Source: Gemmatimonas sp. (GTDB lineage: Bacteria; Gemmatimonadota; Gemmatimonadetes; Gemmatimonadales; Gemmatimonadaceae). From it: a stretch of 64,000 bases of DNA. Below the pieces are notes generated by a model. The model worked only from the letters and a program-made list of their open reading frames with translations, searched no databases and was not told the origin of the DNA. Both the position numbers and the translations under genes were made by a program. Below, one piece after another: positions 44,960-55,307 of this stretch; within the stretch, counting starts at the first letter, position 1; each line of letters begins with the position of its first letter. The DNA lies in assembly GCA_965279375.1 (NCBI GenBank), contig OZ257156.1:3776001-3840000 (forward strand), written 5' to 3'.

Positions 44960-45973
44960 CTACAGTCGCGCGCCGATGAAACGCAGGAGATCGACGCAGC
45001 GCGAGGAGTAGCCCCACTCGTTGTCGTACCAGCCGGAGATCTTCACCAGCGTACCATCGATGACGATCGTGCTCAGCGCGTCGAGCGTGCAGCTGTGCGG
45101 GTTACCGACGTAGTCGATGGACACGAGCGGTACTTCGCTGTAGTCGAGAATGCCGGCCAACGGACCCGAAGCCGCCGCAGCCTTGAAGAGCGCGTTGACT
45201 TCTTCCTTGGTCGTCCCCTTCTCCACCACGCAGGTGAGATCGGTGAGCGAGACGTCGGGCGTGGGGACGCGGACAGCGATGCCGTCGATCTTGCCCTTCA
45301 CTTCCGGAATCACGAGCGACGTGGCCTTGGCCGCACCGGTGGATGTCGGGATCATCGAGACCGCGGCCGCGCGCGCGCGACGCAGATCCTTGTGCGGAAG
45401 ATCGAGGATCGACTGGTCGTTGGTGTAGCTGTGAATCGTGACCATCGTGCCGTGTACGAAGCCAAGGTTATCGCGAATCACCTTGACCATCGGCACGAGA
45501 CAGTTCGTCGTGCACGACGCGTTCGAGATGATGTGATGGTTGGCCGGATCGTACTTGTCGCTGTTGACGCCCATCACGATGGTGATGTCTTCGTTCGTCG
45601 CAGGGGCCGAGATGACGACCTTCTTCGCGCCGGCATCCATGTGCTTCTTGGCGTCCGCGGCCGCGGTGAAGCGACCGGTGGACTCGAGCACGATGTCGAC
45701 ATTCAACTCCTTCCACGGCAGCTTCGACGGCTCACGTTCGGCGATGATGCGAATGCGATCGCCATCGATCGTGATGCTCTCGGCGTCGTGCGACACTTCG
45801 CCGTCATACTGGCCGTGGACCGAATCGTACTTGAACAGATGGGCAAGCGTGCCCGTGTCCGTCAGGTCGTTGATGCCAACGAAGTCGATGTCGGCAACGC
45901 CCTGTTGCTTGGCGGCACGCAACACTTGACGGCCGATGCGGCCGAAGCCGTTGATGCCTACGCGAATGGCCAT
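44960..45973 (-). CDS. gap: Glyceraldehyde-3-phosphate dehydrogenase type I
   Basis: [28 protein letters not shown]. Confidence 0.98.
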   Translation of the reverse strand: MAIRVGINGFGRIGRQVLRAAKQQGVADIDFVGINDLTDTGTLAHLFKYDSVHGQYDGEVSHDAESITIDGDRIRIIAEREPSKLPWKELNVDIVLESTGRFTAAADAKKHMDAGAKKVVISAPATNEDITIVMGVNSDKYDPANHHIISNASCTTNCLVPMVKVIRDNLGFVHGTMVTIHSYTNDQSILDLPHKDLRRARAAAVSMIPTSTGAAKATSLVIPEVKGKIDGIAVRVPTPDVSLTDLTCVVEKGTTKEEVNALFKAAAASGPLAGILDYSEVPLVSIDYVGNPHSCTLDALSTIVIDGTLVKISGWYDNEWGYSSRCVDLLRFIGARL

Positions 45974-45978
45974 TCGTA

Positions 45979-46809
45979 TCAGTCCCGGTCGGGGTCGAAG
46001 TCGGAATCGGAACGGTCGCCTGGTTCCGGCGCCCTCCCGAAGGTCACACAGCTGATGATGCGCGCGCCGCCGTCAAAGAGTGCTGACGCCGCAGAATTCA
46101 CCGTCGCCGCCGTCGTGATGACGTCGTCGACGAGCACTACATGGGCGCCTTCGAGCACGCTTCGCGCCCGCACGTCGGTTTCGAATGCGTGTGAAACGTT
46201 GGTCACCCTCTCGGACGGTGTCAACCGCACCTGCGACTGCGTCTCTCGCGTGCGCCGCAGTACGGATCGCCACACCGGGATGCGCCACTCCTCTGCGAGC
46301 GCGGCAGCCAAGCGTTCGGCCTGGTTGTACCCACGCTCACGCTCGCGCGTTGATGAGAGCGGTATGGGTACGAGCGCCGTGCGCTCGCGAACGACGTCGG
46401 GCGGTAACGAAAGCCGCGCCATACGACGCGCCAATGGCACAGCGACCGCCGACCAGCCGCCGTACTTGAGCGCGTGCACCAGCGCACTCCCCGTTCCCGC
46501 ATCCATTCGTCCGACCGATCGTACGGTCCGGATGTACGACGGCAACCGTTCGCACCAACGACACGGCGCGAGCGGCACGCGACCGGTGCGCGGATCGGTC
46601 GCAAGCGCGGTGATCCGCGACAATCTCGAATGCCCGCAGCGTGCGCACAGGGGCTCCGGCAGCGGTGCAATCCGCGCGAGGCACGACACGCAGACGATGC
46701 CATCCCGACCCGGCGTATGCAGCTCGCGGCACACGGCGCAGGCCGACGGGAGCAGAAACGCGGAGACATCGCGCGCCATGGTTTGCGCCCAACGCGTCGC
46801 CAGCTTCAT
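45979..46809 (-). CDS. comF: ComF family (double zinc ribbon + phosphoribosyltransferase)
   Basis: CAVC/CVSC/CARC/CRWC, LKYGG, RGYNQA, LVDDVITT. Confidence 0.9.
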   Translation of the reverse strand: MKLATRWAQTMARDVSAFLLPSACAVCRELHTPGRDGIVCVSCLARIAPLPEPLCARCGHSRLSRITALATDPRTGRVPLAPCRWCERLPSYIRTVRSVGRMDAGTGSALVHALKYGGWSAVAVPLARRMARLSLPPDVVRERTALVPIPLSSTRERERGYNQAERLAAALAEEWRIPVWRSVLRRTRETQSQVRLTPSERVTNVSHAFETDVRARSVLEGAHVVLVDDVITTAATVNSAASALFDGGARIISCVTFGRAPEPGDRSDSDFDPDRD

Positions 46810-47669
46810 CGCGCACGCTCAGAGTGGTCGGGCGCCGTGCGCGGCAGCGTCGCCCACATCGCCGCCAGTGACGGCTCCACATCAAACCACACGCGAAAGG
46901 ACTCGGCCCCCTGCTCCACCAACATGCGCAGTCCGTCTTCTGCCGCATGTCCGCGCGCACGTGCATCGCGCACCCACGCTGTCTCGTTCGGCCTGTAGAC
47001 GAGATCGAATACCGCCGCGCTGGGCGCCAAGCGCTCGACCGGCACCGGCATGTCATCGGACGACATCCCGAGTGGCGTGGCATTGATGACGAGTGCGGCG
47101 TCGTCGATGGCCACATCCACCGACGTTGCCACTACGACTCGCACACCCACGCGCTCCGCCAGCTCCTCGGCACGCGTGCCTTGTCGCGACCAGACGCGAA
47201 TATCCGTGCACCCGGCGAGTTCCAATGCGACGAGAACCGCGGCAGCGGATCCGCCAGCGCCGAGCAGTGCGACGCGGCGCTCGCGAAGACCGGTTGGGCA
47301 GAGCGCGTGGACGCTGGCAAGGACGCCGGCGACGTCGGTGTTGTGCCCGCAGAGCGCTCCGTCTGCGTGCCAGAAGGTGTTGACGGCGCCAACGCGCTGT
47401 GCGAGTGCGCTGACGTTCTGCGTCGCAGCAAATACCGCTTGCTTGTGCGGCATGGTGACGTTGCCGCCGCTCGCGGATCTTGCGAGCTCGCGGAGCGCTT
47501 CAGCCAGCCCCTCCGGCGGCACATCGAGACGCCCATACTCGACGGGCAACCCTGCCGCGGCGAGCGCGGCGGACTGGATGCCGGGCGACAACGACTGCGC
47601 GACGGGATGCCCGACGATGCGAAGCGATGTGGGGCGCTCCGCAGCGCGCACGCGCAGAGGACCGGTCAC
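46806..47669 (-). CDS. aroE: Shikimate dehydrogenase
   Basis: SLSP, NVTMPHK, GAVNT, NTD, GAGG, INATPLGM, DLVY, GLRMLVEQG. Confidence 0.93.
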   Translation of the reverse strand: MTGPLRVRAAERPTSLRIVGHPVAQSLSPGIQSAALAAAGLPVEYGRLDVPPEGLAEALRELARSASGGNVTMPHKQAVFAATQNVSALAQRVGAVNTFWHADGALCGHNTDVAGVLASVHALCPTGLRERRVALLGAGGSAAAVLVALELAGCTDIRVWSRQGTRAEELAERVGVRVVVATSVDVAIDDAALVINATPLGMSSDDMPVPVERLAPSAAVFDLVYRPNETAWVRDARARGHAAEDGLRMLVEQGAESFRVWFDVEPSLAAMWATLPRTAPDHSERAR

Positions 47670-47680
47670 TGTGGTCAGGC

Positions 47681-48145
47681 CTAGGGTCTCGCTCTACCGG
47701 TCGCGACGCGATCGAGTACGGCACCGATCTCGCGTTCGAGCTCGTCGTACGTGGCGCGATAGACGTCGAGATCACCGCCAAACGGATCGTTCACGGGGCG
47801 GCCGTCGTTTGTGCCGGCCGCATACGCGGTGAGCAGGAAGCTGCGACCGGTGCCGCCGAGCGCCTCGACGCGATCGAGATGATGCGGGCCCATGGCGAGA
47901 ATGAGCTGCGCGCTCGCCACGATCTCGGGCGACAGCTGACGCGCGCGATGTTCGCTGAGGTCGATGCCCTGCTCGAGGGCCACCAGCAACGAGCCATCAG
48001 AGGCGGGGGCGTCGGGCCAGGCGCTGGTGCCCGCGCTGCTCACGGAGATGTCGGCGAGCTGTCGCGTCGCGACGAGATGCTTCGCGATGCCTTCGGCGAG
48101 CGGGCTGCGACAGGTGTTGCCGGTGCAGACGAAGAGCAGATGCAT
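47681..48145 (-). CDS. Low-molecular-weight protein phosphatase, protein-arginine-phosphatase (YwlE) type
   Basis: LFVCTGNTCRSPLAE P-loop, SAGT, DPFGG; ATG 48145. Confidence 0.88.
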   Translation of the reverse strand: MHLLFVCTGNTCRSPLAEGIAKHLVATRQLADISVSSAGTSAWPDAPASDGSLLVALEQGIDLSEHRARQLSPEIVASAQLILAMGPHHLDRVEALGGTGRSFLLTAYAAGTNDGRPVNDPFGGDLDVYRATYDELEREIGAVLDRVATGRARP

Positions 48146-48152
48146 CGGGGAC

Positions 48153-48824
48153 TCAGGTATCGCCAACGAGTGATGCGACGCATTCGCGCAGCAGACTCGC
48201 GGACAGCACACCGGGGCGAATCACGCGCGGCCGACGCCCCGTGCAGTCCACGACCGTGGAGGAACGTGACGGGGACAAGCGACCGCCATCCAGCACATGC
48301 AGCAGCCCGCGATTGATGGCATCAGGCCACTGCTCGACAATCTCGGCAACGGTCATGGCCGGCGGTACCCCGGGACGATTGGCGCTCGTGCTGGTGATCG
48401 GTTCGCCGTAGACCTCGAGCAATCGCTGGAGCCCCGGATGCGGTGTCCAGCGCACGGCCACGCCGCCTTCGGGCCCGCGCAGGCGTTCGGGCACACGATG
48501 ATCTCCGCCGGGAAGAACAAGCGTGAGTGGGCCTGGCCAGAAGCGCGCGGCCAGATGCGCTGCGTACGTGGGCAGGTGCAGGTCGAGCCGTGCGATCTGC
48601 GATGGGTGACCGATCAGCATGAGAAACGGCTTGCCCGAAGGCCGGCTCTTCATCTGCACCAGCGCCTCCACTGACTCGTGATCCACCGCGGTGCCGAATC
48701 CGTACACGGTCTCCGTGGGATAGGCGAGCACGCGCTTCTCCGCGAGGTGCAGCATCACGTCGCGCAGCGAAGCTTCCACTTCGGCGGGGGACCAGAACGG
48801 CACCGTGACGGAGGCGGTGTTCAT
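48153..48824 (-). CDS. tsaC: L-threonylcarbamoyladenylate synthase (Sua5/YrdC)
   Basis: PTETVYG, KSR, FWPGPLT, STSAN, STVVD. Confidence 0.93.
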   Translation of the reverse strand: MNTASVTVPFWSPAEVEASLRDVMLHLAEKRVLAYPTETVYGFGTAVDHESVEALVQMKSRPSGKPFLMLIGHPSQIARLDLHLPTYAAHLAARFWPGPLTLVLPGGDHRVPERLRGPEGGVAVRWTPHPGLQRLLEVYGEPITSTSANRPGVPPAMTVAEIVEQWPDAINRGLLHVLDGGRLSPSRSSTVVDCTGRRPRVIRPGVLSASLLRECVASLVGDT

Positions 48825-48831
48825 GACGCGC

Positions 48832-49623
48832 TCAGTCCTGCAGGAGGCTCAGCGCATCGGCGCGCGCGAAATCGGCTTCTTCGGTGAGCTTGAGACCGCG
48901 CTCACTGCCGCGCACCACGACCACGGGCAAGCCGAGTCGTTCCAGAAGGAACGCGTCGTCGGTGGCACCGATGTTGTCCGCGCGACCGGCCACGTGCGCC
49001 TGCTCGAGCAGATGACGAGGGAACGCCTGCGGTGTTTGGGCGCGCCAGAGGTTGGTGCGGTCGACCGTGCGCACGATGCGTCCGGTGGCGTCCACTTCCT
49101 TGAGCGTGTCCACGACGGGGAGCGCTGCGATGGCGCCGTGGCCCTTGCGCGCTTCGAGAATCACGCGATCGATGGTGGCGTCGGTGACCAACGGACGCGC
49201 GGCATCGTGCACGACCGCGATGTTGACCTCCTCGGGGAGGTCTTCGAGGCCATTGATCACGCTTTCGTGGCGTTCACTGCCGCCCGTTGAGACGAGCAAG
49301 CGATCGACGTCGCACTGGAAGAGCCAGGGCGGCGGATCGGCGGCGTAGGCTTTGGGAAGTACTACCACGACGATCGCGACATCTGGGCGCGCCATGAACG
49401 CCTGCACGCTGTGCAGCAATGCCGGCTTGCCTGAGACCCAGCGGAACTGCTTGAGCTCTCCACCACCCATGCGTGATCCGGATCCGCCGGCGACGATGAC
49501 CACGCCAACGTCGCGCACCACGCCATCCTGCTCGCGGCGAGACTCGTCGCCGCGTGAGGCAACAACGGGCGGCGGAATGACACGACGCATCGGCGTCGGT
49601 TCCGGAGTCGGCTGATCGGTCAT
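48832..49623 (-). CDS. ispD: 2-C-methyl-D-erythritol 4-phosphate cytidylyltransferase
   Basis: AGGSGSRMG, KQF, HDAARP, QTPQAF, TDDA. Confidence 0.95.
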   Translation of the reverse strand: MTDQPTPEPTPMRRVIPPPVVASRGDESRREQDGVVRDVGVVIVAGGSGSRMGGGELKQFRWVSGKPALLHSVQAFMARPDVAIVVVVLPKAYAADPPPWLFQCDVDRLLVSTGGSERHESVINGLEDLPEEVNIAVVHDAARPLVTDATIDRVILEARKGHGAIAALPVVDTLKEVDATGRIVRTVDRTNLWRAQTPQAFPRHLLEQAHVAGRADNIGATDDAFLLERLGLPVVVVRGSERGLKLTEEADFARADALSLLQD

Positions 49624-51068
49624 GCGGGGCTGCGTTCCTTCCGAGCTGCGGTCTGTGTCGACGCTGGTGTCATGTCTGCGTTCTTTCCGACGGTGCGTTG
49701 CAGGACGTCTTGCAACGTACGCACACCGATCACCTGGATGTCACCGGGAATACGTCGCGGAATTGCGCGCTCGGACAAGAACGCGTGCGTCATCCCCAAC
49801 TTGGCGGCTTCGGCCAAGCGCCGTTCCGCCTGTGACACGGGCCGAACTTCCCCGCCGAGTCCGAGCTCGCCGAGGAAGATCGCACGGGGCGGGAGTGGCT
49901 TGTCGACCACGCTCGAGGCGAGTGCGGCGACGATGGCCAGATCGACCGCGGGTTCCTGGACGCGCATGCCGCCGACGATGTTGCAGAAGACGTCGAGCTG
50001 TGCGCAGGAGAAGCCGCCGCGTTTGTCGAGTACGGCGAGCAGGAGTGCGAGCCGGCGTGAGTCGATGCCCGAGGCGACGCGTTGCGGCGTGCCGAAGCCT
50101 GCGCGGGCCGCGAGCGCTTGAACTTCCACGAGCACCGGTCGCGTGCCTTCCATGAGCGCGCAGACCGCGCTGCCGCTGGCCACGTCGTTGCGATCGCCCA
50201 CGAAGAGTGCGGACGGGTTCTCGACCGGTGTGAGTCCCGTGGGGACCATGCGGAAGACGCCGATCTCGTCGACGGAACCGAAGCGGTTCTTGGTGGCGCG
50301 GAGGACGCGATGGTCGAGCGTGCCGTCGCCTTCGAAGTAGAGGACCGTGTCGACGATGTGTTCGAGCGTCTTGGGGCCAGCGATGCCGCCGCCCTTGGTG
50401 ACGTGGCCGATGACGAAGACTGTCGTGCCCGACTCTTTCGCGAAGCGCATCAGGCGCGCGGCGCACTCGCGCACTTGCCCGACGTTGCCCGGTGCGCCTT
50501 CGAGCAATTCCGTGTGCACCGTCTGGATGGAGTCGACGATCAGCGCATCGATGCGTCGGCCACTCGCGGAAGGCTGCGCCGCGGTCGCGAGAATCGTTTC
50601 GAGCGACGTTTCGGTGAGCAGCGCAACACCCGTGGCGTCTTCGCCCAAGCGATCGGCGCGGAGCTTGACCTGCAGCGCTGATTCTTCGCCCGATACGTAC
50701 AGGGTGGCGTGTCCGGCACCTTCGAGGCGCGCGGCGACCTGCAGCAGCAACGTGCTCTTACCGATGCCCGGCTCGCCGCCGACGAGCACCATGCTGCCCG
50801 GCACGATGCCGCCGCCCAGCACGAAGTCGAACTCGTTGAGACCCGTCTTCCAGCGGTGCGTCTCCGTGCCGGTGACCTTGCCCAACTGCACCGTCGCGGC
50901 CGCATGTCCGGCGACAGCGCGTGCAGCGGTGCGCTTGCTCGTGGTCGCGGCCACCGGCTCTTCGGCGAGCGTATTCCACGCGCCACAGCTCTCGCAGCGT
51001 CCCGCCCACTTGGGCGATTCGGCGCCGCAATCGGTGCAGCGGTAGACGGTGCGGGCCTTGGCCATCAT
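49620..51068 (-). CDS. radA: DNA repair protein RadA/Sms
   Basis: CTDC...CESC zinc finger, GEPGIGKST, KNRFG. Confidence 0.98.
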   Translation of the reverse strand: MMAKARTVYRCTDCGAESPKWAGRCESCGAWNTLAEEPVAATTSKRTAARAVAGHAAATVQLGKVTGTETHRWKTGLNEFDFVLGGGIVPGSMVLVGGEPGIGKSTLLLQVAARLEGAGHATLYVSGEESALQVKLRADRLGEDATGVALLTETSLETILATAAQPSASGRRIDALIVDSIQTVHTELLEGAPGNVGQVRECAARLMRFAKESGTTVFVIGHVTKGGGIAGPKTLEHIVDTVLYFEGDGTLDHRVLRATKNRFGSVDEIGVFRMVPTGLTPVENPSALFVGDRNDVASGSAVCALMEGTRPVLVEVQALAARAGFGTPQRVASGIDSRRLALLLAVLDKRGGFSCAQLDVFCNIVGGMRVQEPAVDLAIVAALASSVVDKPLPPRAIFLGELGLGGEVRPVSQAERRLAEAAKLGMTHAFLSERAIPRRIPGDIQVIGVRTLQDVLQRTVGKNADMTPASTQTAARKERSPA

Positions 51069-51110
51069 GACGCGCCTCTCAAAACGTGTCTCTCAAGACG
51101 TGTGTCTCAA
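51069..51110. repeat. Three tandem imperfect 14-bp repeats
   Basis: GACGCGCCTCTCAA / AACGTGTCTCTCAA / GACGTGTGTCTCAA. Confidence 0.85.
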
Positions 51111-52591
51111 TATTCTGGCGGCGCCCATTCGTCCGCAGCAGGGCCCTTCACCAACTTGGGTCCGCCAAACTCCGACGGTGGCTGACGGTTGGAGAAGTTG
51201 TCGAAGCGCGTGTACTGCTTGTGGAAGAACAACCGCGCGCTGCCGATGGGACCGTTTCGCTGCTTACCGATGATGATCTCCGCCTTCCCTTCGAGCGTGG
51301 GATCTTTCAGGCGACCAGTCTCATCGCGCTCCGCGTACACTTCCTGACGGAAGATGAACATGATGACGTCGGCGTCCTGCTCGATGGCGCCCGATTCGCG
51401 AAGGTCGGAGAGCTGCGGCCGACCCTTGTCGTCGCCGGTGCGCTGTTCCGGTGCACGCGACAGCTGCGAAAGCGCAATCACGGGCACGCCGAGCTCTTTC
51501 GCGAGCGCCTTGAGGCCGCGCGAGATCTGCGAGACTTCCTGCTGACGGTTCTCGGAGTTGGCCGGACCGCTCATGAGCTGCAGGTAGTCGACCATGATGA
51601 GCCCCAGGTCGTGCTCTGTCTTGAGGCGACGCGCCTTGGCGCGCATCTCGAGCAGTGTGATGCCGGGCGTGTCGTCGATGAAGATGGGTGCATGGCTCAG
51701 AATACCAGCGGCCTGCGCCAACCGTGGCATCGATTCATCGAGCGCCCTACCACCTTTACGCAGCGCCTGCGCGTCGATCAGCGCCTCGCTGGCGAGCATA
51801 CGCTGCACGAGCGACTCCTTGCTCATTTCGAGCGAGAAGAACGCGACCGGCACCTTCGCCGTGATCGCGGCATGCTGCGCGATGTTCAGCGTGAACGCTG
51901 TCTTGCCCATGGACGGACGCGCGGCCACGATCACCAGATCGGCCGGCTGGAAGCCCGACGTCATCTGATCGAGCTCATGAAACCCACTCGGCACACCGGT
52001 GATCGCCGACTCGTGCTGCGCGAGCTTCTCGAGCTTCTCCATCGCGGGCCAGAGCAGCTCCTTGATGCGCGAGAAGCCACTTCGCTCCTTGGATTGCCCG
52101 AGCGAGAAGATGCGCGACTCCGCGGTATCCAGCAGCTCGCTCGCCGTGGTGCGCCCTTCAAACGCCTCGCCCACAATCTCCGTGGAGACTTCGATCAGGC
52201 GGCGCAGCAGCGCCTTCTCCTTCACGATGCGCGCGTGGTACTCCACGTTCGCTACCGTCGGTACGGCATCGAGCAGGAACGCGAGGTACTCGCGACCGCC
52301 GGCGCCTTCGAGCTCGCCGCGCCGTTCCAGTTCATCCGCGAGCGTCAGCGGATCAACGACGCCACCGCGTTCGGTGATCGCGAACATCGCGCGAAACAAC
52401 CGCCGATGTCCCTCGCGATAGAACATCGTGTCGTCGGCGTACTCCGCCGCCCGCAACGCCGCATCGGCGTCGAGCAGCATCGCGCCGAGCACCGCCTGCT
52501 CGGCCTCTTCGGACCAGGGCGGACGGCGCTCCTTGTACGGATCGCGCGGAGCCGGCGAATTGCTACCGGACGGAACAGGCAGATTAGTCAT
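51107..52591 (-). CDS. dnaB: Replicative DNA helicase
   Basis: EAEQAVLG, AARPSMGKT, VDYLQLM, DLRESGAIEQDAD, KQRNGP. Confidence 0.98.
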   Translation of the reverse strand: MTNLPVPSGSNSPAPRDPYKERRPPWSEEAEQAVLGAMLLDADAALRAAEYADDTMFYREGHRRLFRAMFAITERGGVVDPLTLADELERRGELEGAGGREYLAFLLDAVPTVANVEYHARIVKEKALLRRLIEVSTEIVGEAFEGRTTASELLDTAESRIFSLGQSKERSGFSRIKELLWPAMEKLEKLAQHESAITGVPSGFHELDQMTSGFQPADLVIVAARPSMGKTAFTLNIAQHAAITAKVPVAFFSLEMSKESLVQRMLASEALIDAQALRKGGRALDESMPRLAQAAGILSHAPIFIDDTPGITLLEMRAKARRLKTEHDLGLIMVDYLQLMSGPANSENRQQEVSQISRGLKALAKELGVPVIALSQLSRAPEQRTGDDKGRPQLSDLRESGAIEQDADVIMFIFRQEVYAERDETGRLKDPTLEGKAEIIIGKQRNGPIGSARLFFHKQYTRFDNFSNRQPPSEFGGPKLVKGPAADEWAPPEY

Positions 52592-52597
52592 CGTTCC

Positions 52598-53773
52598 TCA
52601 AACACTCGGCGCACTACGCGCAGCGTCGAGAATGCGGCGGGCAAGTTTCACATCTTCCCATGTCGGGCGCTTCCACGATTCGTTGCGGAGCAGCGCCGCG
52701 GGGTGGTACGTGACAATCAGCGGGATACCGTGGAAGAGATGAATCTGACCACGCAACTTTCCGATTGGCGTCGTGGTTTGCAGCAGCGTTTGCGCCGCAA
52801 AGCGGCCCAGCGCAAGGATGACACGCGGCGCAACGAGCTCCAACTGACGCATGAGGAACGGCTGACACGCCACGACTTCTTCGGGCAGCGGGTCGCGATT
52901 GCCCGGCGGACGATGCTTGAGGACGTTGCAGATGTAGACATCCTCGCGCTGCAGCTGGATGGCGCCGAGGATTTTCGTAAGCAACTGTCCAGCCTCTCCA
53001 ACGAACGGCCGGCCCTGGATGTCTTCGTTCGCGCCGGGCGCTTCACCGACGCACAGGAAATCAGCGTCGGGATTCCCTTCGCCCGGCACCACGTTCGTGG
53101 CACTCGCGTGCAGTGCGCAGGCAGTACACGCACGCGCCGCGTTCGCGACGTCGTCGAGTGTGGCGAGTGACGTCGTCTTTGCATCCATCGCGCGGCTGGC
53201 TGCGCCAACCGAGAGACCCGCTGGCAAGTCGAGCGCGGCCAACCACGACGGCAGCACGGCAACGCTCGCGGCGATTGGTGCGGATGCAGCAGACGCAGAC
53301 GACGCCGGCGATTCGGACGCTGACGCGCTCGCCGGCGATGCACTCGCTGCCGCCGGGGCCGGCTCGGCTACGCGCGGCGCTGTCGGTGGCACTGCGCTGT
53401 TGCCACGCACGCCCTCGCCTGCGGCGCCCGCCGTGCGCAGCACATCGCGCCAGTTCGTCGACGCCGACTCGTCGAAGCGCACCTCGGGAACCGGCGGGGG
53501 CACAACCGGAGCAGATGGCTGCGGCGTCAGCTCCGACGCATCGATGTCGCCGCCGTCCGATCGTTGCGCCGGTCGCGGTGCTGGCGGCGGCACGTCCGCT
53601 GCGCTCGAGCTTTCAGCACGCGCGGTCTTGGTCGGCGTTGTGGAACGCACGCCGATCATCGCCATCAGATCGTCCACCGGCATCGCGTCGAGCACCAATT
53701 CCGACTCACCCAACTCGCGACGCTGCTCGAGATATCGACGCAGACGCTCCTTAGCGTCCATGCGGTCGTCCAT
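52598..53773 (-). CDS. udg: Family-4 uracil-DNA glycosylase with long N-terminal extension
   Basis: CTACALH, GEAPG..ED.QGRPFVG, KHRPPGNRDP, YHPAALLR; start may be 53761. Confidence 0.9.
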   Translation of the reverse strand: MDDRMDAKERLRRYLEQRRELGESELVLDAMPVDDLMAMIGVRSTTPTKTARAESSSAADVPPPAPRPAQRSDGGDIDASELTPQPSAPVVPPPVPEVRFDESASTNWRDVLRTAGAAGEGVRGNSAVPPTAPRVAEPAPAAASASPASASASESPASSASAASAPIAASVAVLPSWLAALDLPAGLSVGAASRAMDAKTTSLATLDDVANAARACTACALHASATNVVPGEGNPDADFLCVGEAPGANEDIQGRPFVGEAGQLLTKILGAIQLQREDVYICNVLKHRPPGNRDPLPEEVVACQPFLMRQLELVAPRVILALGRFAAQTLLQTTTPIGKLRGQIHLFHGIPLIVTYHPAALLRNESWKRPTWEDVKLARRILDAARSAPSV

Positions 53774-54980
53774 CCGGCTGCGCGGCCATCAGCTGTTCGA
53801 TGCGGTCGAGAATCGCTTCGGCGACTTCGCGCTTGGACTGTAGCGGGAGCACTTCGTCCTCGCCCTGTGCGGCGCGCAGCGTGACCCGGTTGGTGTCGAC
53901 GGCGAAGCCGGCACCCGGTTCCGTTGCATCATTCATCACGATCAGATCGAGCGCCTTGTCCCGCAGCTTGCGCTGCCCTTCTGCGCGAGGGTCGCCCGTT
54001 TCGAGCGCGAACCCCACCGCGATCATTCCTGCCGGACGAAGCGCGCGCGTGGACTGCAGAATGTCCGGTGTGCGCGCCAGTTGAAGCACCTCTGGAGCGT
54101 CCGCCTTCTTGAGCTTCTGACCAGCGGGTGAGGCGGCACCAAAGTCCGCGGGCGCCGCCGCCATGATGAGCACGTCCGCGGACGGGAGCTGCGCGGCGAC
54201 CGCGTCGTGCATCGCCTGGGTGGTTTCCACTGCATGCAGCTCCGCGCCCACCGGCACTGCCACTTCGAGCGGTCCCGCGATTAGCGCAACGCTCGCGCCG
54301 CGCCGCCACGCTGCCGCGGCCAGCTCCACACCCATGCGCCCCGACGAGCGGTTCGAGAGGAATCGCACCGGGTCGACTGGCTCGCGCGTCGGGCCGGCGG
54401 TGACCAGAACTCGTCGTCCGGTCAAAACACTCGACGGCGACAATAACCGTGCGGCGTGCGCCACGATCGTTTCGGGCTCGGGCATGCGTCCGGGGCCGCT
54501 CCCCTCACCCACCGCCAGCGCGCCGTCATCAGGCGGCAACACGTGATAGCCCAGCGTCGTGAGTGTCGTCGTGTTCTGCTGCACCGCCGCGTGCGCCCAC
54601 ATCCGATCGTTCATCGCCGGCACGACCAGCACAGGCGCGGTGGTGGCCAAGAGGCAGGCGCCCAACAGGTCGTCGGCGTGTCCGTTGGCGGAGCGCGCAA
54701 GGAAATCCGCGGTGGCAGGTGCGACGATGACCAGATCGGCAGCGCGGGCCAGCTTGATGTGATCGAGCGCGTGACCTGCCGCGATCAACGCGGTGTGGAC
54801 CGGGCGACCCGTGAGCGCCTCGAACGTGACCGCACCGACAAACTCCGCCGCCGACCGCGTGAGGACGACGTCCACTTCGGCGCCCGCCTGCGTCAGCAAC
54901 CGGGCGATCCAGGCGGACTTGTACGACGCAATGCCGCCAGTGACGCCAAGCAGGACGCGCTTACGGTCGAAAGGTCGCAC
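53751..54980 (-). CDS. coaBC: Phosphopantothenoylcysteine decarboxylase/ligase
   Basis: [52 protein letters not shown] 54980 taken as start. Confidence 0.95.
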   Translation of the reverse strand: MRPFDRKRVLLGVTGGIASYKSAWIARLLTQAGAEVDVVLTRSAAEFVGAVTFEALTGRPVHTALIAAGHALDHIKLARAADLVIVAPATADFLARSANGHADDLLGACLLATTAPVLVVPAMNDRMWAHAAVQQNTTTLTTLGYHVLPPDDGALAVGEGSGPGRMPEPETIVAHAARLLSPSSVLTGRRVLVTAGPTREPVDPVRFLSNRSSGRMGVELAAAAWRRGASVALIAGPLEVAVPVGAELHAVETTQAMHDAVAAQLPSADVLIMAAAPADFGAASPAGQKLKKADAPEVLQLARTPDILQSTRALRPAGMIAVGFALETGDPRAEGQRKLRDKALDLIVMNDATEPGAGFAVDTNRVTLRAAQGEDEVLPLQSKREVAEAILDRIEQLMAAQPDGRPHGR

Positions 54981-55042
54981 GGGGAGATGGACGCGGTCGA
55001 AGGGCGTGGAAGGGTGCCCGATTGTCAGGGGCAGAGGCACGA

Positions 55043-55074
55043 CGCCGCGCCGCGACAGAGGTCGCGGCGCGGCG
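55043..55074 (-). terminator. Strong hairpin after rpoZ
   Basis: 14-bp perfect stem CGCCGCGCCGCGAC-AGAG-GTCGCGGCGCGGCG, no U-tract. Confidence 0.5.
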
Positions 55075-55098
55075 GCTGGAAGCGCGAAGAAACGGTGC

Positions 55099-55305
55099 TT
55101 ACGGCGTCTTGCGGCGCGGCATGACACGATACTCGATCTCACCGCTCGTCAGCTCTTCGAGCGCGCGGGTGGTGAGCTTCTTCTCGTGCAGCGAGCGATC
55201 ACGCGGGAATTCGTTGAGCACGCGCGCGAACTTCGCGGCGATGAGGACGCTGAGGTACTTGTTGGCCGAGTGCTTGGCCACATCCGTCGGGGTAAATACC
55301 TGCAT
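55099..55305 (-). CDS. rpoZ: RNA polymerase omega subunit
   Basis: [24 protein letters not shown]; gmk-rpoZ-coaBC synteny. Confidence 0.9.
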   Translation of the reverse strand: MQVFTPTDVAKHSANKYLSVLIAAKFARVLNEFPRDRSLHEKKLTTRALEELTSGEIEYRVMPRRKTP

Positions 55306-55307
55306 AG

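Noticed and set aside
44525..47086. 853-aa plus-strand ORF, and similar long antisense ORFs (12615-14477, 16068-17951, 37067-38941, 51086-53170)
   Set aside because: Shadow ORFs opposite well-supported genes; expected in high-GC DNA with few stop codons, and they show no recognisable motifs
51069..51110. 14-bp repeats as a mini-CRISPR or replication iterons
   Set aside because: No spacers, units too short, no cas or rep genes and no DnaA boxes nearby
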